A stretch of DNA of 62,675 bases, counting the filler, from Candidatus Fermentibacterota bacterium (GTDB taxonomy: Bacteria; JAFGKV01): NCBI GenBank assembly GCA_016928395.1. It is 10 parts of 10 records of this genome, joined end to end, with 100 filler letters (N's around TTAATTAATTAA, not from the genome) between each part and the next. Parts side by side here need not be neighbours in the genome. Positions count along the whole stretch, not along the records: positions 33,214 to 46,859 come from JAFGKV010000074.1; 9 more parts are not named here. The stretch is one strand, 5' to 3'. Under the pieces are notes generated by a model. It was not told where the DNA came from and searched no databases. It saw only the letters and a list, made by a program, of their open reading frames with translations. Positions 35,216-44,184 of this stretch are shown piece after piece (within the stretch, counting starts at the first letter, position 1; every line of letters starts with the position of its first letter). A program made the position numbers and the translations under genes.

Positions 35216-36072
35216 ACCTTGCCAAGCTTCTCGTGCTGGATCGGAAGATTATCTTCCTGGTCATGGCCTTGGTCATCGGGATTCCAATCATCGTACCCTT
35301 CGGCCTTCCCATTACCGTGACTGAGCGTACCCAGAAACTGTTCGACGTGGTTGACGCCACGCCCCCCGACAAGGCGGTGCTGATCTCGACCGACTACGCT
35401 CCCCAGACGGAACCCGAGCTCCACCCCATGATGTTCTCGCTGCTTAGGCACTGCCTCGCGCGAAAGATCAGGGTCCTGGTGGTAACCCTCTATGTCGAAG
35501 CCGGCGGGCTGGCGGAACAGGCGGTGGAGACCGTCATCAAGGAGTTCAACTCCCGCGCCACGTCCAATGCTGACAGTATCATTTATGGCAGGGACATCGT
35601 CTATCTGGGGTGGCAGCCGCCGCCCATCATTCCCATCTTAGGCATGGGGCGCAGCATTACCGATGTCTACCCCGTCGACTGGTACAAGCAGCCAGTGCCC
35701 AGTATGCCCGTGATGAATGGCATCAATACCTATGACGACATCAGTATCGTGGTGGCGTTCTCGGGCGGCAGCTCCCCGATCTGGTATGTGCAATTCGCGC
35801 AAACCAGATATGGCGTCAAGGTGGGTGGCGGCGTTACCGCGGTTAGCGTTCCTGACTTCTACCCCTATCTGGAGTCAGGCCAGTTGAGCGGCCTTCTCGC
35901 CGGCATGAAGGGAGCCTCGGAGTACGAGGAACTGGTCGCCACCGTGACCGGAGTGCCCGGGCGACGAAAGGCGACGGAGGGCATGAGTTCGCAATCCGCC
36001 GCGCACTTGGCGATTATGGCCTTCATCGTCTTCGGCAATATCGGCTACTTCGCCACCAAGAGGAGGCGGTAA
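35212..36072 (+). CDS. Conserved hypothetical membrane protein with a soluble alpha/beta domain
   Basis: N- and C-terminal TM segments, DY.P...PEL.PM and YPYLESGQLSGLLAGMKGASEYE. ATGA overlap. Confidence 0.8.
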   Translation: MNLAKLLVLDRKIIFLVMALVIGIPIIVPFGLPITVTERTQKLFDVVDATPPDKAVLISTDYAPQTEPELHPMMFSLLRHCLARKIRVLVVTLYVEAGGLAEQAVETVIKEFNSRATSNADSIIYGRDIVYLGWQPPPIIPILGMGRSITDVYPVDWYKQPVPSMPVMNGINTYDDISIVVAFSGGSSPIWYVQFAQTRYGVKVGGGVTAVSVPDFYPYLESGQLSGLLAGMKGASEYEELVATVTGVPGRRKATEGMSSQSAAHLAIMAFIVFGNIGYFATKRRR

Positions 36073-36758
36073 TGAATATCAGCACAGATCCCTGGGTCTG
36101 GGTTGGGGTGTTCCTGACCCTCTCCATCTTCTCCTTCCTCTGGAAAGAGAACGGGTTCTACCGCTTCGGCGAGCATCTCTTCGTCGGCGTCTCCAATGGT
36201 TGGAGCCTGGCCTTCATGTGGAACAATGTCATCAAGCCCGTGCTCATCGACCGGGTCCACATGACGTTCAAGACCGCGGGCAGCGAAGGCCTCTCATGGA
36301 AGCTGTTCGATCCGTACCAGGATACGAACTTCCTCCTTATCCTCTGGGGCATCATCGGATGCCTCTACTTCACGCGCTTCATCCCCAAGGTCTCCTGGCT
36401 CGTGAGAATCCCCATCGGCATCTTCATGGGCTACTACACGGGGCTCTCCGTGCCCGCATACTTTCAGGGTTCGATCTTGCCCCAGATGGGCGCGACGGTG
36501 CTGACAAGGAACAGCTTCGCCTCCACCGGCACCGCTGCCGTAGCCGTGCTGGTCTTGATCGGCGTGTTGTGCACCCTGAGCTATTTCTTCTTCTCCAAGG
36601 AGCACAAGGGATTCCTCAAGGGCACTTCCTACATCGGCATCATCTTCATCATGGTGGGCTTCGGCGCATCATTCGGGTTCACCGTGATGGCGCGTATGTC
36701 GTTGGCCATCGGGCGCTTCACGTTCCTCCTGAGGGACTGGCTCGGGCTGGTGCAGTAG
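36072..36758 (+). CDS. Conserved hypothetical polytopic membrane protein
   Basis: TLSIFSFLWKENGFYRFGEHLFVGVS and MVGFGASFGFTVMARMS. TAATG overlap. Confidence 0.8.
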   Translation: MNISTDPWVWVGVFLTLSIFSFLWKENGFYRFGEHLFVGVSNGWSLAFMWNNVIKPVLIDRVHMTFKTAGSEGLSWKLFDPYQDTNFLLILWGIIGCLYFTRFIPKVSWLVRIPIGIFMGYYTGLSVPAYFQGSILPQMGATVLTRNSFASTGTAAVAVLVLIGVLCTLSYFFFSKEHKGFLKGTSYIGIIFIMVGFGASFGFTVMARMSLAIGRFTFLLRDWLGLVQ

Positions 36759-36777
36759 CCCGAAGCCGAAGGTAGAC

Positions 36778-36823
36778 CGGGCCGTGCATCGTGATGCGTT
36801 CGTCGCACACGATGCACGGCCCG
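36778..36823. terminator. Strong hairpin after the four-gene operon (terminator or mRNA-stabilising stem)
   Basis: CGGGCCGTGCATCGTG / CACGATGCACGGCCCG perfect 16-bp arms plus an inner 4-bp stem. Only a weak U-tract follows. Confidence 0.55.
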
Positions 36824-36854
36824 TGTGTTCTATCCCGCGGGGAGAGATAGAGAC

Positions 36855-39461
36855 GTGAGCACGCGGAACACGGGGCCGAATAGGCGTCGGCCATGGGTAG
36901 TGGTGATGGTGGCCCTGTTTCTACTGCCTACCTTCCTCGCCCCAAGTGAAGTCCGCCTCGAGCTGGCGGCCGTCGGCTTGGCCGTGGGGCTGCTCGCAGC
37001 CGTGGTGCGCCGCAAGGATGTGACCGGCGAAACCTGGCGCTTCATCGCCGGGCCGCCCGTGTTTCTCGTGGCCGTAGTAGTGAGCGATCTGCTTTCCGGT
37101 GTGCTGGGCGGGAGGATTCCGCCTCTTCTGCAGGTAGTCGAGCTGGGGCTGAAGTCCCTCGGCCTCGGATGGTCGGTCCTGGCTCTGCTCCGGCTCGGCA
37201 AGGGCAGTTGGACTACCGCATCATGGCGGGCCGCGGTCCCGGCGCTGATCGCGTATCTTCTGATCTCGGTGAATGCCGGCTCAGCCTCCATCGCGGTGTT
37301 CCTGGGCGCGCTGGCGCTGTGGGGCATTCCCACTCACTGGCTGCACGAGCTGCGAGGCCGCACGGGGAGATGGCAGAAATGGCTCCTCGTGTTGATGACT
37401 CCCCTGGCCTTCATCTTCGGCTCCTCGATCCGTGCCGCCGGGGATGAGATAAATATCTCCGGTGGAGAACAGACGGCCTCCGGCATTTTGGGAGGTGTTC
37501 AGACTCTCCTGCTCTTCGTCTGGTTGACCCTTCCTGCCCGGCTCCTGCTTCGAAGCTTCCGGCATCTCATGCTGGGGCTTTCCATCAGGATGCGGCTGGT
37601 GCTCACCTACGTGTTCAGCACGCTCCTGCCGGGGTTTCTTGCGTTGGTCCTGGTCGGCGTCGTGGTGTTCGCGGGCATAGGCACCTTGCGGGCGCGCGTG
37701 GCCAGCAACCTGATCGTGCGTGATCTCGAGACCCTGGCATCGCAGCTTGATCATGGGGTGCCTGGTGCATCCGACCAGCTGGATAGTCTGACCGCCGGTC
37801 TCTATGCCCGCGGCAGAGCGGACACGACGGCAGCAACAGCCGTCGCCGTGCCTTTCGGTCTCGCATCCATTGCTGATTCCCTCCTGAGGAGAGACTTAGG
37901 GCCCCTGAACGTGAACGTAGCAGCCTCCCGGACGGTGGCCGCCACGCCAGAGACATGGATCAAGTTGGCCCAGCGTGGTTCGTGGATCCTGCCCGACACG
38001 CTGATGGTTGACCACGAAATGCTTTCCGCATCGGGTCGTGGCGCCGCCATCGTTGCCGTCGGTAATGGTGGGGCTGCGTTTGTTGCCGCCGAATCCCTGG
38101 AAGCGTCAGATATGGTCCACGTGTTGGCACGGCCCCTCAACGAACGGGTGGCGGAAGGTTACAAGAGGATCGTCGGCGCCGATCTCATGATCAGTCCGAC
38201 CGCCTCCATGCTGTTCACCCCTGAGGGATCGGAAGTGACCATCAGTCAGAGGGATCAGAAAGGCCCCGCGGCTTCCATATCGACCAGGGCTTCGGTGGGA
38301 GGCGGTCTCTTCCACCGGCCAATCAGGCAAGGCATCTGCGAACTGCGAGCGACCCAGGATTCCGATCAGGTGAGTCATCTGCGCGGCGTGGTCGTGGTGC
38401 GCACCAGCCTCGCCGGGCTGGTGGGCAGCCTGTTCTCGACCAGGGGCCTCAACCTAGTAGTTGTGGTCGTCGAGGGTGTGCTGGCAGCCCTCATCTTGAT
38501 AGCCTTGGTGTTCACCACCATCATCGGGTTTTCCCTCAATGGCACCATCACCTCGTCCATGGCGGCCCTGAAGCATGGCGCACAACGGCTCAGTCAGGGC
38601 GATCTTGATGTTCGCGTCGAGATACCGGCCCGCGGAGAGATGGGCCGGCTGGCCGAGAGCTTCAATCGCCTTGCCCATGATCTGAAGCGACTCGTACGGC
38701 AGGTAGCGGAGAAGGAACGCCTTGACCGGGAGCTGCAGATCGCGCGGGAGATTCAGGTCAACCTCCAGCCGGGCGTGCTACCGGAGGTAGGAGGCATCGA
38801 ACTCGCGGCCATAAGCCGACCCGCTAAGGAAGTCGCCGGCGACTACTACGATGCGATCATGGTGGAGCCCGGAAGGCTGGTCATGGTTGTGGCCGATGCC
38901 AGCGGCAAGGGCGTCGCGGCTGCCATGCTGGTGAGCAACCTTCAATCCGCGTTGCATGTGCTTTTGAGCCAGGATCTTCCTCTGGACACAATCGTTCGTC
39001 GCCTCAATAGCGTCGTGTGCAAGAACTCGCCCGCCGAGATGTTCATTACATTCTTTATCGGCGTGATTGACGCCCAGCGCCTCCGGATCGACTATGTCAA
39101 TGCGGGCCACGATGAGCCGCTTATCATCCGCGGTAACGACACGGTACGGCTCGGTCCCGGCGGATTGCTGTTGGGCATGTTTCCCGAGGCCAGACATGCC
39201 ATCGGCCACTTCGATCTAAAGGTAGGCGACGTACTCACCCTGTACTCAGACGGCGTGACGGAGGCGATGAACGCTTCAGAGGAGGAGTTCGGCGTGGATC
39301 GGCTGGAATCCGCGATCCGGGATGCCCCTGACGCCGATTCGCCCGCCATCCTCTCGTTCGTGTTGGACCGGGTACGGGCCCATACGGGAGATCAGGCCGC
39401 CCCCGCCGACGATCTCACCATGCTCATCGCCCGGGTGAAGAGTTCCTCGAACGCCTCCTGA
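36855..39461 (+). CDS. Membrane sensor with HAMP and SpoIIE/PP2C phosphatase domains
   Basis: Multiple N-terminal TM segments, HAMP (GEMGRLAESFN), EVAGDYYD, VADASGKG, NAGH, YSDGVTE, DDLT. Start GTG 36855 or 36825. Confidence 0.9.
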   Translation: MSTRNTGPNRRRPWVVVMVALFLLPTFLAPSEVRLELAAVGLAVGLLAAVVRRKDVTGETWRFIAGPPVFLVAVVVSDLLSGVLGGRIPPLLQVVELGLKSLGLGWSVLALLRLGKGSWTTASWRAAVPALIAYLLISVNAGSASIAVFLGALALWGIPTHWLHELRGRTGRWQKWLLVLMTPLAFIFGSSIRAAGDEINISGGEQTASGILGGVQTLLLFVWLTLPARLLLRSFRHLMLGLSIRMRLVLTYVFSTLLPGFLALVLVGVVVFAGIGTLRARVASNLIVRDLETLASQLDHGVPGASDQLDSLTAGLYARGRADTTAATAVAVPFGLASIADSLLRRDLGPLNVNVAASRTVAATPETWIKLAQRGSWILPDTLMVDHEMLSASGRGAAIVAVGNGGAAFVAAESLEASDMVHVLARPLNERVAEGYKRIVGADLMISPTASMLFTPEGSEVTISQRDQKGPAASISTRASVGGGLFHRPIRQGICELRATQDSDQVSHLRGVVVVRTSLAGLVGSLFSTRGLNLVVVVVEGVLAALILIALVFTTIIGFSLNGTITSSMAALKHGAQRLSQGDLDVRVEIPARGEMGRLAESFNRLAHDLKRLVRQVAEKERLDRELQIAREIQVNLQPGVLPEVGGIELAAISRPAKEVAGDYYDAIMVEPGRLVMVVADASGKGVAAAMLVSNLQSALHVLLSQDLPLDTIVRRLNSVVCKNSPAEMFITFFIGVIDAQRLRIDYVNAGHDEPLIIRGNDTVRLGPGGLLLGMFPEARHAIGHFDLKVGDVLTLYSDGVTEAMNASEEEFGVDRLESAIRDAPDADSPAILSFVLDRVRAHTGDQAAPADDLTMLIARVKSSSNAS

Positions 39462-39469
39462 GCCCGTGC

Positions 39470-39784
39470 TCAGGGAACCCCCGTGTGCGTCTCTGTCGTG
39501 TTGAAGGTGGAGGAGACCAAGACACCGCGGTCATCGAACCGGGCCACCAGGTCGGTGGCCGACGAGCCCGAGAAGAGGCTCCACCTGTAGCGCGCATAGG
39601 TCCACGTCACCAGCCCATTGTCGAGCCCGGTGCGCCATGGCTGCCCGAGCATGTTGATCACATCCGCCTGGGTGGTGACCCCCGGTGTCAGATCCGCTAC
39701 ACGGTCCACGGCGAACCGCCGACCCACACCGGCGCAGGCCATGACCACCACAAGAGTCAGCAATACCCGGATTCTCGTTTTCAT
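39470..39784 (-). CDS. SmpA/BamE-like small lipoprotein
   Basis: Signal peptide with lipobox-like VMAC, GVTTQADVINMLGQP, WTY, and FDDRGVL. Confidence 0.75.
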   Translation of the reverse strand: MKTRIRVLLTLVVVMACAGVGRRFAVDRVADLTPGVTTQADVINMLGQPWRTGLDNGLVTWTYARYRWSLFSGSSATDLVARFDDRGVLVSSTFNTTETHTGVP

Positions 39785-39910
39785 GCCCGTATCCTCCTGA
39801 CCAAGGGAGCCGGGATGCCCCGTGCGCCTATCTCCAAGAAGAAGCCCACCGTGCGCCGATCGCGCCCCGGCCTCCTCTTCACCTCTTTCCTTCTTTGCCT
39901 CTTCACTCCC

Positions 39911-42900
39911 CTACCCCTTCCTTCGCGCCCTGAGCCGCTCGACCCAGGTCTCAAAGGATGCGTAGAGCGCCGGGATCAGGAACAAAGTAAACACCGCGCT
40001 GATCAGCACGCCGCCGATGGTCACCACGGCCATGGCCACCCGGAACTCCGATCCCGCGCCGCCGAGAGCCTGGGGGATCATGCCCACCGCGATGGCGAGA
40101 TTGGTCATGACGATGGGCCGCAGCTTCACCGGGCACGCATCCAGAATGGCTTCGTTCATACTCAGCCCGTCCCGGCGCCGCACCGCCACATAGTCCAGCA
40201 GGAGGATGGCGTTGTTCACCACGATGCCCACCAGCATGATCATGGCCATGAGACTCAGGATATTCACCGTCTGTCCCCCGAAAAACAGGGCGATCGCGGC
40301 GCCGATGAGCCCCAGCGGCAAGGTGATCATGACCGTCACCGGATGGATGAACGACTCCAGGATCATGGCGAGCACGACATAGGTGAGGATGACGGCCATG
40401 CCCATGGTCTCGAACAGCGATGCGAAACTCTCTTCCTGCATCTCGTAGGAGCCGGCGAAACGAATCCGGTAGCCGGCGGGCAGGGAGAGCGCGTCGGTTC
40501 GGGCCTGGATGGCACGCACGGCCTCGCTCACGGTCCCGCCGGCTAGGTTGGCGGCAACGGTGATGCGGCGCTGCCTGTCGCGGCGCTGGATCTCCGATTC
40601 GCCTCGCCGTTCTTGGATCTCCCCGAGTTGCGTGAGCGGGAGCCGGTCTGGCCCCAACGGAAGGCGGAGGGCCGAGAGCCCCGCCACATCACCGCGATCC
40701 GCATCGTCATACTGCACGCGGATGGCATACTCCTCTCCCGCGTCGCGGAAGACCGCCTGATCGTCACCCTCATAGGCATTTCTCAGGAGCATGGCGACCG
40801 CCGCGGTGGAGAGCCCTCGACGGGAAAGCTCCTCCCGATTCGGAATGAACCGCAACTCCTGGGCTCCGGGCTCCCAACTTGATTGCACATCCACCACGCC
40901 CGGTGTCGCCGCCACGATGAGCTCGACCTCAGCTGCCACAGCACGCAGCGGCTCGGTTTCCCACCCCAACACTTCGATCTCCAGATCCGAGGTCGAGTGG
41001 CCGACTCCCTGCGAGCTTGACACAGACACCGTGGCGCCCGGCAGCCCCGCAAAGGTGGCGCGAAGCTGATTGGCCAGCCCATGGTCCGAGATGCGGCGCT
41101 TCGAGGCGGGTACTAGCTTGCCCAGGACAACCGCCTCGTTGACGCCCTTGTCTGATCCTCCAACGGTGCTCAACACCGAGGCCACATTCGGTTCCTCGGC
41201 AAGCCTTGCCTCCACCTCGGCGACCAATCGGTCCGTCTGCGCCAACGAGGTTCCGGCCGGGAGCTTCAGGTTGATGGTGACGGTGCCCTGATCCATCCTG
41301 GGCATGAACTCGCCGCCGGAGAACGCCAGGAGCACGAAGCTGAACACCAGCATCAGAATGGTGACCGCGCCGAGAATGACGCGGTTGCGCCCTCTCGCCA
41401 GAGCCCAGGCCAGGGCCGTTCGATACTGACTCGCCAAGTGCACCATCATACGGTCCACCAATCGGGCGGCCATGTGCAAGTCGCCCTTGTCACCTTGCGG
41501 CGAGTGTCCTTCGCCTGGCCTTCGGACCCGTTTCAGCACGATGGAGGCCAGCATGGGAGTCAGGGTGAATGAGACCACCACAGAGAACAGCGTGGCGTAT
41601 ACGACGGTCATGCCGAACTGGAGGAAGAATCTGCCGATGATTCCCCGCATGAACGCCACCGGCACGAATACCACGATGTTGGTCATCACCGAGGCGAACA
41701 CCGCCAGGGCGATCTCGTCCGTACCCTTGATGGCGGCCTCATCCGGAGGCTCACCCAGATCCAGATGGCGGATGATGTTCTCGAGCACCACGATGGAGTT
41801 GGTGACAAGAATGCCTACTGAGATACCCAAGGCCATGAGCGTCAGGATGTTGAGGGTGAAGCCAGATGCTTCGACGAGCAGGAAGGTTGCCACGATGGCG
41901 GCTGGCATGACGATGGCCGCGACCACGGTGACGCGCACATTGCGCAGGAACAGATAGAGGAGAATCGAAGTCAACACAATGCCGATGAGCATGTTCTGCT
42001 GCACATCCTTGACGGCATCGCGGATGAAGGTCGAGTTGTCATCGGCATACTCGATTTCGAAGCCTTCGGGAAGCTCGCGGCGCAGGTCGTCCACTGCCTT
42101 GTAGATCCCGTCGGCGGTGGCAACGGTGTTGGCGCCTGACTGCTTGATGATGTCAACCTGGACCGCGGGCGTGCCGTTGAACCGCGCCACCGAGCGACAC
42201 TCCTCGTAGGTATCGCGGATATCCGCCAGGTCCCGTAGCGGGATGAACCCATGCTCACCCAAGGGGATCTTGATCGTGCCGATCTCCTCCAGTGACGCGA
42301 ACTCGCCGACGGTCCTGACCATGTACTCCCGCTCGCGCTGCACGATTCTTCCCTGGGGAATGTTCAGGTTCTCGGCGGCGATGGCCCCGGTGATCGCCGA
42401 GATGGGGAGGCCGTAGTGTTCCAGTTTTCGCCGATCCGCCGCCACCTGAATCTCGCGACGCTGGCCGCCGATGATGTCGACGTTCGCCACGCCTGAGACC
42501 TGCACCAGCCGGTCACGAATGAGGCGGTCGGCCACCGCGTAGGTCTCATTGACGGGGCGATCGCTGGACACCGAGAGAGAGACGATGGGGAACGCGCCGA
42601 TCTCGAACTTCTGGACTTTGGGTTTCTCCACCCCGGAGGGCAGGCCGCTGAGAATTGCGTCGACCTTGGCGCGCACGTCATTGGCCGCTTCGTTGGCATT
42701 CACCTCCAACTTGAACTGCACGATCACGAAGGAAACACTCTCCCGCGAGTATGACTCGATGCGGTCGATATCCGACATGGTGCTTACCGCATCTTCGATC
42801 TTCTGCGTGACCTGTGTCTCCATCTCTTCAGGGCCTGCGCCGGGGTAGATCGAGGTGATCATCACCACGGGGAACTCCACGTTCGGCATGAGGTCGATCA

Positions 42901-42997
42901 CCAGCCGGCGGTAGGAGTAGGCCCCCAGCAAGACGAACGCCGCGGTCAGCATGGTCATAAAGACCGGGCGCCGGACAGAAAGCCTGGATATGAGCAT
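39911..42997 (-). CDS. RND efflux permease (AcrB/AcrD/AcrF family)
   Basis: 1028 aa, RRPV N-terminus, YPGAGPEEME, SFTLTPML, GIVVNNAILL, LRPIVMT. Confidence 0.95.
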   Translation of the reverse strand: MLISRLSVRRPVFMTMLTAAFVLLGAYSYRRLVIDLMPNVEFPVVMITSIYPGAGPEEMETQVTQKIEDAVSTMSDIDRIESYSRESVSFVIVQFKLEVNANEAANDVRAKVDAILSGLPSGVEKPKVQKFEIGAFPIVSLSVSSDRPVNETYAVADRLIRDRLVQVSGVANVDIIGGQRREIQVAADRRKLEHYGLPISAITGAIAAENLNIPQGRIVQREREYMVRTVGEFASLEEIGTIKIPLGEHGFIPLRDLADIRDTYEECRSVARFNGTPAVQVDIIKQSGANTVATADGIYKAVDDLRRELPEGFEIEYADDNSTFIRDAVKDVQQNMLIGIVLTSILLYLFLRNVRVTVVAAIVMPAAIVATFLLVEASGFTLNILTLMALGISVGILVTNSIVVLENIIRHLDLGEPPDEAAIKGTDEIALAVFASVMTNIVVFVPVAFMRGIIGRFFLQFGMTVVYATLFSVVVSFTLTPMLASIVLKRVRRPGEGHSPQGDKGDLHMAARLVDRMMVHLASQYRTALAWALARGRNRVILGAVTILMLVFSFVLLAFSGGEFMPRMDQGTVTINLKLPAGTSLAQTDRLVAEVEARLAEEPNVASVLSTVGGSDKGVNEAVVLGKLVPASKRRISDHGLANQLRATFAGLPGATVSVSSSQGVGHSTSDLEIEVLGWETEPLRAVAAEVELIVAATPGVVDVQSSWEPGAQELRFIPNREELSRRGLSTAAVAMLLRNAYEGDDQAVFRDAGEEYAIRVQYDDADRGDVAGLSALRLPLGPDRLPLTQLGEIQERRGESEIQRRDRQRRITVAANLAGGTVSEAVRAIQARTDALSLPAGYRIRFAGSYEMQEESFASLFETMGMAVILTYVVLAMILESFIHPVTVMITLPLGLIGAAIALFFGGQTVNILSLMAMIMLVGIVVNNAILLLDYVAVRRRDGLSMNEAILDACPVKLRPIVMTNLAIAVGMIPQALGGAGSEFRVAMAVVTIGGVLISAVFTLFLIPALYASFETWVERLRARRKG

Positions 42998-43002
42998 GGA
43001 AA

Positions 43003-44184
43003 TCAGCCTCTTGTGCCCGCAGGCGTGTAGTACTCTGCTGTCATATCCTTGTGGATGGCGAGCTTCACGCCGTCTTCAAGCTTGTTCTGGCCAACTACCA
43101 CGACCCGTTCGCCGGGAGCGATACCCCTGGCAACGGACACCAATCGGCCATTCCTGACCCCGGTGGTCACGGTGCGAAGGGCCGCCTTCAGAGAGTCGCC
43201 ATGGGAGGTGACAACGTAGGCAAGCTGATCACCGTTGCGCTGAAACAGAGCAATCGGCGGGACTGCGGGGAGATCCTGTGACGCTGCGACCAGTATCTCC
43301 GGCGAGACCAGCATGCCGGGTTTCAGACGCCGATCGGTGTTCTGGACCACGACCTCCACACTGAAGAGCCGGGAGGAGGCGTCAGTGCTGAGCGCGGCCT
43401 TGGTCACCGTGCCTGTAAGTGTCACCTCGTCATTGACGGCGGCTGAATCCACGGCCATGCTCCCAGGGCTACACGAACGGTTCACAAGCCCCGGGCCGCG
43501 CAGCCTGATTCTCACCGGTTGGCCGGCCTCGATGGATGTCCTCTCCGATGCGCTGACAGTGAGGGGGACTCTGATACGGTCAAATGAAGCCACCGTAGCC
43601 ACCACTTGCCCGGCATCAGCGTAGTCGCCGGGGTTGACATAGGTTGCGGTGACGACGCCGCTGATGGGAGTATCCAGACGCACTGCCCTTCCCGACATGA
43701 CATAGGCGGAACGAGCCGCTTGGGTGGCGGTTCGTACCCGATCCAGATCCTGCACCGAGACCGCCCCGGTCTTGTAGAGCTCCTCGATGCGGATGCTGTC
43801 GTTTCGCGCCGTACGGTAGGAAGCCTCGAGGGTCTGGAGGTTGGTGCCAAAACGCACGGGGTCCAAGGGGTCCAAGGAGACGATGATCGCGCCCTTGCGT
43901 ACCTCGGCGCCAACCTGGGCGCGCACCTCGGTGACCCTGCTCCGATAATCGGATATGAGATCGACCTGCTCTATGCCCTGGGCAATCCCCGTGAACTCCC
44001 GCCAATCCTCCACCACGGCAACCCGTGCCGTCACAACATCCACCGGCACTCCCAGCCTCTCCTGGATCTGCGCAATGCTCTCGACGGTTTCCCGACGCAG
44101 CCGGCGGGTTCCCGTGATCACGAATGCGATCACCAGGACACCTGCCGCCACCGCCCATAGTACTGTCTTCGTAGACTTGCTCAT
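43003..44184 (-). CDS. RND membrane fusion protein
   Basis: N-terminal anchor, lipoyl-like halves (VGAEVRKG, TPISGVV), LKPGM and GERVVVVG. Confidence 0.9.
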   Translation of the reverse strand: MSKSTKTVLWAVAAGVLVIAFVITGTRRLRRETVESIAQIQERLGVPVDVVTARVAVVEDWREFTGIAQGIEQVDLISDYRSRVTEVRAQVGAEVRKGAIIVSLDPLDPVRFGTNLQTLEASYRTARNDSIRIEELYKTGAVSVQDLDRVRTATQAARSAYVMSGRAVRLDTPISGVVTATYVNPGDYADAGQVVATVASFDRIRVPLTVSASERTSIEAGQPVRIRLRGPGLVNRSCSPGSMAVDSAAVNDEVTLTGTVTKAALSTDASSRLFSVEVVVQNTDRRLKPGMLVSPEILVAASQDLPAVPPIALFQRNGDQLAYVVTSHGDSLKAALRTVTTGVRNGRLVSVARGIAPGERVVVVGQNKLEDGVKLAIHKDMTAEYYTPAGTRG

